In this document: piece after piece, positions 55,893 through 64,000 of the stretch
Position numbering within the stretch: the stretch's first letter is position 1
Layout: the number at the start of each line of letters is the position of its first letter
Source of the DNA: Octopus vulgaris
Lineage: Eukaryota
DNA: 64,000 nt
NCBI GenBank assembly: GCA_951406725.2
Contig: OX597835.1
Span: 30,504,001 to 30,568,000 of the forward strand
Direction: 5' to 3'
Notes under the pieces: generated by a model
What the model saw: the letters and a program-made list of their open reading frames with translations, nothing else
Databases searched by the model: none
What the model was told of the DNA's origin: nothing
Translations under genes and position numbers: made by a program

Positions 55893-55964
55893 CTCCTAGA
55901 CCATGGTTTCTAACTCATTCCAGTAAAAAAATATTCACTGAGGCTAGTTTTCGTCAGTAGGGAG
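55893..55964 (-). ncRNA. Candidate minimal type I hammerhead ribozyme
   Basis: Minus strand ctcccta [ctgacga] aaact...agtta [gaaa] ccatgg [tc] taggag: canonical CUGAnGA/GAAA core, palindromic helix III ACCAUGGU, GUC site, helix I pairing. Confidence 0.6.
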
Positions 55965-56274
55965 TCTTTAGATATCAAATATACACACCACTAGATTCGT
56001 ATGTAAACTAGTTATATACACACATATGCATTCATACACATATACATACAATATAAACACACACATATATATGCATGTGTGTATGCTTACGTGTAGAGGA
56101 CTCAGAGAGAGAGAGAGAGAGAGAGAGTAAGGAAGGAAGAGGGTGGGTGGAGAGAAATTGGGTTTTTTTTCATAGAGGTTGTATTATATTCTTACTCAGA
56201 TGTGAATTTGTTACACTCTCATTATTGTTTTGTTTTATTTTCATTTCAACGTTAATTTTCTAATTTGGTTTATT

Positions 56275-56915
56275 TCGGAACGTAGCTCTCAAATTGGTAG
56301 TTTTCCCAAGCATCTTCAACACTGATACTAAAACTGGAACACTGATCCCAAATCCGGAACATTAGTCAGTTGTCTCTTGCGCTGCTCCCATATTCAGAAC
56401 AATATTGACGCACCTGGAAAACTGTTCTGAAGTCCGGATCATTACAAACGCATATAAACTGCTGCTAGCAAATCCTGAACACTTTTCGCATGTATAGATT
56501 ACTCCTCCCAAATGCGGTACACTATTGAAACACGTTGAACGACACTCTCAAAATGGGACATTATTCACGCATCTGGAATGCTGCTTCCATTTCTGGAACG
56601 CTCCTCACGCATCTGGAACACTGTTCACGTATATGGATCACTGCTTGTAAATCCGGAACACGTTTTACGCATCAAGATTGATGCTCTGAAACGCAGAATA
56701 CTCCTTCCACATCTGGGACTCTGCTAGCATCTGGGACTATACTTTAGCAACCGAAACGCTACTCTCAAATCTGGAACTCTGCTCAGACATGCGCCATGCT
56801 GCTCTGAAATGTGGAACATTGTTACACATTTGCTTGCTTCCAAATCCAGAACAGAGCTCCATATTCTAGAATACTTTCAGATCTGAAGCGAATCTTCCAG
56901 ATCAGCAAAACTACT
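56275..56915. repeat. Degenerate ~20-bp-period minisatellite, consensus approximately atctggaacactgctcacgc
   Basis: In-phase units such as atctggaatgctgcttccat ttctggaacgctcctcacgc atctggaacactgttcacgt atatggatcactgcttgtaa atccggaacacgttttacgc. Confidence 0.75.
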
Positions 56916-56969
56916 CTCAAAGCATAAGCTCTGCTTCAACAACTGTGCAGGAGAGGTAAAACGAGTGGA

Positions 56970-57798
56970 GGGGGAGGAGGAGGAGGAGGAAGAGAAAAAA
57001 AGAAGAAGAAGAAGAAGAAGAAGTAGAAGAGGAAGAAAAAGAAGAAGAAGAAGTAGAAGAAGAAGAAAAAGAAGAAGAAGAAGTAGAAGAGAAGAAGAAG
57101 AGGGAAGAAAAGTAGGAGGGGAGGAAGAGTAGATGGGAATGAACTAGAAGAAATGAGGAGAATAACAATATGAAGGAAAAGAAGAGGGGACGAGAGACGA
57201 AGAAGAAGAAAAAGAAGAAGGACAAGAAGGAGAAGAAGAAGAAGAAGAAGGAAACAAGAGGAAGAAGAAGATGAAGGAGAAGACGAAGAAGAAGAAGAAG
57301 AAGACGAAAAGAAGAAGAAAAAGAAACGAAGAAGAAGAAAAGAAGAAGAAAAAGAAAAGAAAGAAGGAGATGAAGGAGAAGAAGAAGAAGAAGAAGAAGT
57401 AGAAGAAGAAAAAGAAGAAGAAGAAGAGGGAGAAGAAGAAGAAGAAGAAGAAGAAGAAGAAGAAGGAAAAGAAGAAGAAGAAGAAGAAGAAGAAGAAAAT
57501 GAAGAAGAAAAAGAAGAGGAAGAAGAAGAGGAGGGACAAGAAAAAGAAGAAGAAGGAGAGGAAGGACAAGAACAAGAAGAACAAGAAGAAGAAGAAGGAG
57601 AAGAAGAAGAAGAAGAAGAAGAAGAAGAAGAAGAAGACGAGGGGGAGAAGAGGGGAGGAAGAATAAAGATAACAAGAAGAATAAAGAAGACGAGGAGGGG
57701 AAGTCGAAGAAGAACAAGAGGTGGTGAAGGAGGTGGAGGAGGAGGAGGAGGAGCAGGAGGAGCAGGAAGCAGAAGAAGATGAAGAGAAGAAGAAGAAG

Positions 57799-57829
<31 letters not shown>

Positions 57830-57830
57830 G
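56970..57830. repeat. Long (GAA)n/(GGA)n homopurine tract
   Basis: Directly visible; it accounts for the three long low-complexity ORFs on the minus strand. Confidence 0.95.
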
Positions 57831-58334
57831 GTTGTAAAAGAAAAAACGGAGGAGGGAAAAATACCAAGCAATAGGCATGAAAGATGAAGGTACAGGAAGA
57901 AGTTGACGAAGAAAGTAGCAGATGAAAATGGACAACAAAATCAACAATAACAACAACAAACAACCTCAACAACAGCAGCAACATCAACGATATCAACAGC
58001 ATAAAAAAAAAACAACACATAAAAAAAAACAACGTACCAACAAAACAAGAGCAACAACAATAAACAGTATAGCGTGTGTGTTTGCAATATAAATGATGTT
58101 ATTGAAACGGAACCGGTTTGTTTTTTTTTTGTTTGTGTGTGTGTGGGGGGGGGGGTGCGAACTTGTTATGTGGTATCATCAGCTCAAAGACTGCAAGAAT
58201 CAAAGACTATAAGAGATACATCGAATGTTTACATAACACATATTTACGTGATTACGACCACGTGATGGAATCTAGACAGTTCTAACGTCATTAAATTGGA
58301 CCCGCTGCCTATATGTATACACACACACCCACAC

Positions 58335-58376
<42 letters not shown>

Positions 58377-58575
58377 GCACATACATATATACATATACAC
58401 ACAAACACACACACACATATATATACATATACATATGTATGTATATATATACATACATATATACATATACACACAAACAAACACATATATATACGCATAT
58501 ACATACACACACACACATAAATATACATATACGCACATACACACTCTCAGACATACACCCATATACCTACATACA

Positions 58576-58640
<65 letters not shown>

Positions 58641-59161
58641 GTATGTATATTGGATATGGCGTTATTAATAATATATAACACTGGAGATCATTGTTTTTTA
58701 GATAATGTGGAACTTGTGTGCATGCGTGTGTATATATAATGTCTTTAAATATCTATGTCTGTGCGATATGGGGTGCGTATATGTGTATCTATACTTGTGT
58801 TTGTGTGTGTGGATATATATACATACGGGCATACATACATGCATATATATATACATACGTATATGCGTATGTATATGTATGTATGTACTTATGTATGTAT
58901 ATATGTGGGTAGCTATGAAAGTCGTAACCACCCACAGAAATGTATTCTGTAAAAGGAGTTGACTATATATATTATGTCTGTTAACTGAAATATAATAATA
59001 ATAATAATAATATTAATAATAATGATAATAATAATAATAATAATGTACAAATATATATGTAATATATAATCATACATACATAAACACACGTGTATATAGA
59101 TATATGTGTGTGTGTGTGTGTGTTCAAGAATATATGTGTATATCTTTTCTCTGTATGTATC

Positions 59162-59201
<40 letters not shown>

Positions 59202-59240
59202 CATATATATATAAGGTTATATGTATTGTGTGTGTGTGAA

Positions 59241-59299
<59 letters not shown>

Positions 59300-59314
59300 T
59301 ATATATATATTTAA

Positions 59315-59347
<33 letters not shown>

Positions 59348-59399
59348 CATATATATATTCATATATATATATATATATACAGAGAGAAAGAGAGAGAGA

Positions 59400-59437
<38 letters not shown>

Positions 59438-59705
59438 GAGAGAGCTTTCAATGTATTTAGTGTGTTTGATGTGATTGCAGCTAGCTCTCAAAAGAATCAA
59501 TTAACGAATAAATGAAAGAAACGATTGAGAGGAGCCGGGAATGAGAAGAAGGACGGTATGAGGAAACAAATAACGACGTTGGGAAGAGAGATTTATGTAG
59601 AAGAAGAAAGGGCCTAAGAGAGCGTGATGACAGCGATGATGCTACGGCACATACATACCGGAATGTATATATATATATATGTGCGTGTGGGTGTCTGTAT
59701 GTGTG

Positions 59706-59762
<57 letters not shown>

Positions 59763-59797
59763 TTTATTTAAAGCAGCAGAAAATTCAACAAAATCTG

Positions 59798-59870
<73 letters not shown>

Positions 59871-60018
59871 GATTGTGATGAATATGGTACTTAAGTTGAG
59901 GCACCGGAATTTAGTACAGTATTATCCATACAATTTCAAAGTAAGGTGATTAAAATCAAAATAAGCAACAAGGATATCCAGCGGCAGACAGACACACACA
60001 CCTATATTTATGTGTGTG

Positions 60019-60056
<38 letters not shown>

Positions 60057-60125
60057 GTGTGTGTGTGTGTGTGTGTGTTTATATATATGTATGTATATTT
60101 ATATAGATAGGTAGATATATATTTG

Positions 60126-60190
<65 letters not shown>

Positions 60191-60366
60191 GTGGATGAAT
60201 GAAGGAACATAGGTAGATATAAGGGATTGGGTGTGAGGGAGACAGACAAGGAGGAAAAGGAAGAGAAGGAAAAGGAGAAAGAGAATGTGAAATTGTAGGC
60301 GTAGAGGAGGTAAAATGATGAGGACTAATAAGAAGCGCCAAGACAGGCGACGAATAATTGAAATTA

Positions 60367-60427
<61 letters not shown>

Positions 60428-60532
60428 CAGCAGCAGCAGCAAGAGCAACATTAGCATCAGCAGCAGCAGCAACACCAGTAACAGTATTAGTAGTATTAGT
60501 AATAGTATTAATAAAATTGATTATAATAATCT

Positions 60533-60756
60533 TTTCTATTTTAGACACAAGGCCTGCAATTTTTGCGGGGTGGTGGGTCGGTCGATAACATCAGTCCCAG
60601 TGCAAAACTGGCGTTTGTTTTATTCACTTTGAAAAGATGAAAAGCAAAGTCAACGTCTGCGGAATTTGAATATAAGATGTACACACGGACGACATGCCGT
60701 TAAGCATCTTGTCCGGCGAGCAAATGATTCTGTCAGCTGACCACTTTAATAACAAC

Positions 60757-60820
<64 letters not shown>

Positions 60821-61437
60821 GTCCTTTCTAGTTTAGGCACACGGCCTGAAATTTGGGTGGAGGAGACTAGTCCATTACATCGACCCCAGTGCATAACTGG
60901 TACTTAATTAATTGATCCCGAAAGGATGAATGGCAAATCGACTTCGGCGGAATTTGAACCCAGAACGTAAAGACACAAAATACTGCTAAGTACTTCGCCC
61001 TCCATGCTAACGTTTCTGCCAGCTCGCCACCTTAATAATGATAATAATAAAGATTTCAAATTTTTGTCACAAGGACAGCTTGGGGCATTGGCATTAAGTC
61101 GATTACAGCGACCGCAGTGTGTCACTGGTACTTATTTATCGACCCTGAAAGGATGAAGGGCAAAGCCGACCTCGTCGGAATTTGAACTCAGAACGTAAAG
61201 ACAGACATAATACCAATTTCTTTACTACCCACAAGGGGCTAAACACAGAAGGGACATACAAGGACAGACAAACGGTTATATCGACCTCAGTGCGTAACTG
61301 GTACATATTTAATCGACCCCGTAAGGATGAAAGGCAAAGTCGACCTCGACGGAATTTGAACTCAGGACGTAACGGCAGACGAAATACTGCCAAGCATTTC
61401 ACTCTGCGTGTTAACGTTTCTGCCAGCTCGCCGCCTT
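60533..61437 (-). mobile_element. Cluster of about 4 SINE family D copies in (TAA)n
   Basis: Repeated gaaaggatgaaaggcaaagtcgacctcggcggaatttgaactcagaacgtaaagac...tctgccagctcgccgcctt. The minus-strand head aaggcggcgagctggcagaa...gagttcaaattcc is tRNA-like. Confidence 0.88.
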
Positions 61438-62439
61438 CATAACAATTTTGATGATAATAGGCCGATTCAACTGTTGGCCACTTCCGAGATAGCCTTGTGG
61501 TTTTTACTTGTCAAAAGATGTGCAACTCCAAGCGGAATACCACGTTCCTCTGTATATTATGTTGCAGGGCATTTCTGGACGCTTGTGACAACGTACCAAA
61601 TGTGACAACCAACCAAAAGTCCGCGTTGACACCAGTTTCTCTCTCCTGTTTCTCTCACCGATCATGATTTTTGTGTTTCTCTTTCTCATGTATCACGACG
61701 CCATGTTGTGTGTACACATGTAGTACACGAGCTCTGTATTCCTCACACGTCATTGTTAGCCTTAAATAATAACCATACTTCACTATTCTCAACAGCTATA
61801 AAATAAACACATCTTTCCACGCATCGGCTAAGGTCTCCAACCGCTCTTTCGGCGACATAGGGAAAAACCCATCCTATTTCTTCTCCTTCGCGGAGGTAAA
61901 TTCCTCCGGAAAAGATGTACTGTCCTATGTAACATATGGCTTTCGTATTTTCCCTTTCACTCGGAGTGAACCAATGTCTTCTATTCCCGTTTGCTTCGAA
62001 GCGTTTGCAAAAAATTAATTGCTGTTGTTAATGGTAGTCTCTTCGTCCTTGTTATTAATTTTGGCAGCTATTTTATATTGCGATTAAAAATTAGTCACAT
62101 TTTTGTAATTATAACAGTGTTTGCTTGTTTAAATGTCGTATATTATGATCTCTAGTTCTATCTTTTTTTTTTTTTTAATGATTTGAAGATGCACCTATTG
62201 TGGCTAGCATGTCTTCTTATCATTACTGAAGACGGAGGTCATATTGAGAAATTAGAAAACAAAGGAAAAGAGACACTTCCAGAAATATATGTAAGCAATG
62301 AAGCTAGTTTTCCACTCCCAGAATAATGGAGCGGGTGGATGTTTAGGGATTCCAAAGCATTTAAGGCTTTTTATCAATAAAATATTCTTGGAATAAATGA
62401 CCCTGGCAGTCAGGACTCAGTAGAAGAGTGCAGGTGAAG

Positions 62440-62531
<92 letters not shown>

Positions 62532-62679
62532 TGTTAACACCCCGAATAACAGTTTCAAGTTTTAGAAAAAAATTTAACAATTTTGAGGGGAGGGGTAGTC
62601 GATTACTTCAGTGTTCTGTCAGCTAGAACGCCTTACTGCTACTACTACTACTACTACTAATAATAATAATAATAATAAT

Positions 62680-62756
<77 letters not shown>

Positions 62757-62758
<2 letters not shown>

Positions 62759-63100
62759 TTGGTTTGAAATTTTGATAGAAAGCCGGCGATTTCGGTCAGG
62801 GGGTTTAATCAATTAAATCGACCCTAGTTTTTTAACTGGTACTTATTTTATCGACCCCGAGAGGATGAAAGACGAAGTCAATGTCAGCGGAATTTAAACT
62901 CTGAACGTAAAGACGGACAAAATACCGCCAAGCATTTTGCCCGGGGTGCTAACGATACTTTTCCTTTCTATTCTAGGCACAGGGCCCGAAATTTTGGGGG
63001 ACGGGGCAAGTCGATTAGATCGACAGCCGTACGCAACTGGTACTTAATTTACGGACCCCGAAAGGATGAAAGGCAACGTCGACCTCGGCAGAATTTGAAT
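62757..63100 (-). mobile_element. Two SINE family D copies next to (TAA)n
   Basis: Same consensus as 60533-61437. Confidence 0.85.
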
Positions 63101-63686
63101 AATAGTAATAATTATGATGCGATAACGATAATGGTGATTGACTTCATTCGTAAATACAGTCAGCCTCTTCTATTAAATCGAAGATGGCGGCGGCGATCAC
63201 AAGAAGAAGGAAAAAGAGTAGAAGAAAGGAGAATGAAAAGACGATGATAACGACGACGATGATGACGATGATGATGACAGCAATGACGACGACGATTAAA
63301 AGAGGTCAAAATGGTGTGTCTGTCTATCAGTGAGATTTCAAATACTCAATTTTTAATGTCGTCACATTTTCGAAATTCAATCAAAAGATATGACAGATGG
63401 CTGTAATAGCTTCGTGTTCTTGTGTTCTTTTATTCTTGTGATCAAGACGTTTCCGCTAATTCATTCTCCCCACTCACATCCTCTCCAACCTGTCTGCTCC
63501 CATCGCTCTCCCTCACTCTTTGTCTCCCTGTTCTCCTCTCCGCCATCCTCCACTCCTCACTCTCTCTCTCTCTCTCTCTCTCTCACTTGCTCGTAATATT
63601 TCATTTCTCATTCATCCGATTTTTTTCATCTCATACCTTTTATGTCTCAGATATATTTGCACTGTGTCTACCTCTTTAGACTCTCA

Positions 63687-63751
<65 letters not shown>

Positions 63752-64000
63752 GCATATATATATATATGTACATATACATAAATATATACATACGTATATA
63801 TACATTTATACCAATATATGTATATGTATATCTATATATACATACATGTATATTGTATACACTCACACACACACACACACATACATATATATATACATGA
63901 CTGTGTGTATCGATGTTTGTATGTATATATATGTGTGTGTGTTTGTGTGTGTGAGTGTGTGTGTATGTGTGTGTGTATGTGTGTATGCCTATATTTATAT

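Noticed and set aside
56275-56915. CRISPR-like repeat-spacer array
   Set aside because: The period is only ~20 bp with a degenerate core and no distinct spacers, in a eukaryotic context with no cas genes.
56917-58032. Longest ORFs in the window (371, 311 and 271 aa)
   Set aside because: All three minus frames are open only because (TTC)n lacks stop codons.
61850-61935. Nested hairpin catagg...cggagg/cctccg...cctatg
   Set aside because: Stems are short with no recognisable family; compatible with chance.

Overview
AT-rich, extremely microsatellite-dense animal DNA, with (TA)n, (TACA)n, (TATC)n, (CA)n, (TAA)n, (CAC)n and (GAA)n tracts. The SINE families and simple-repeat load look like an Octopus/coleoid cephalopod genome (inference). 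I find no intact protein-coding gene; almost every ORF in the track is a translated microsatellite. The recognisable complex sequence is decayed mobile DNA: a CR1-like LINE, R4/Dong-like, RTE and Tx1/L1-like fragments, five Penelope-like (PLE) remnants, a Tc1/mariner (maT-like) remnant, MITE-like palindromes and at least four tRNA-derived SINE families. The most striking object is a very young ~1.1 kb structure at 50731-51835. It consists of a 358-bp monomer in tandem, folded back into a ~515-bp-arm near-perfect palindrome, and it carries a minimal type I hammerhead ribozyme with a U3-A8 core variant (a retrozyme or PLE pseudo-LTR). Several other hammerhead-like motifs and fold-back structures occur in the window. 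Short unique islands between the repeats repeatedly carry YY1/Pho, E-box, GATA and ETS motifs, suggesting an intronic or intergenic regulatory landscape. Boundaries of decayed elements are approximate, and family assignments come from motif recognition, not database searches.
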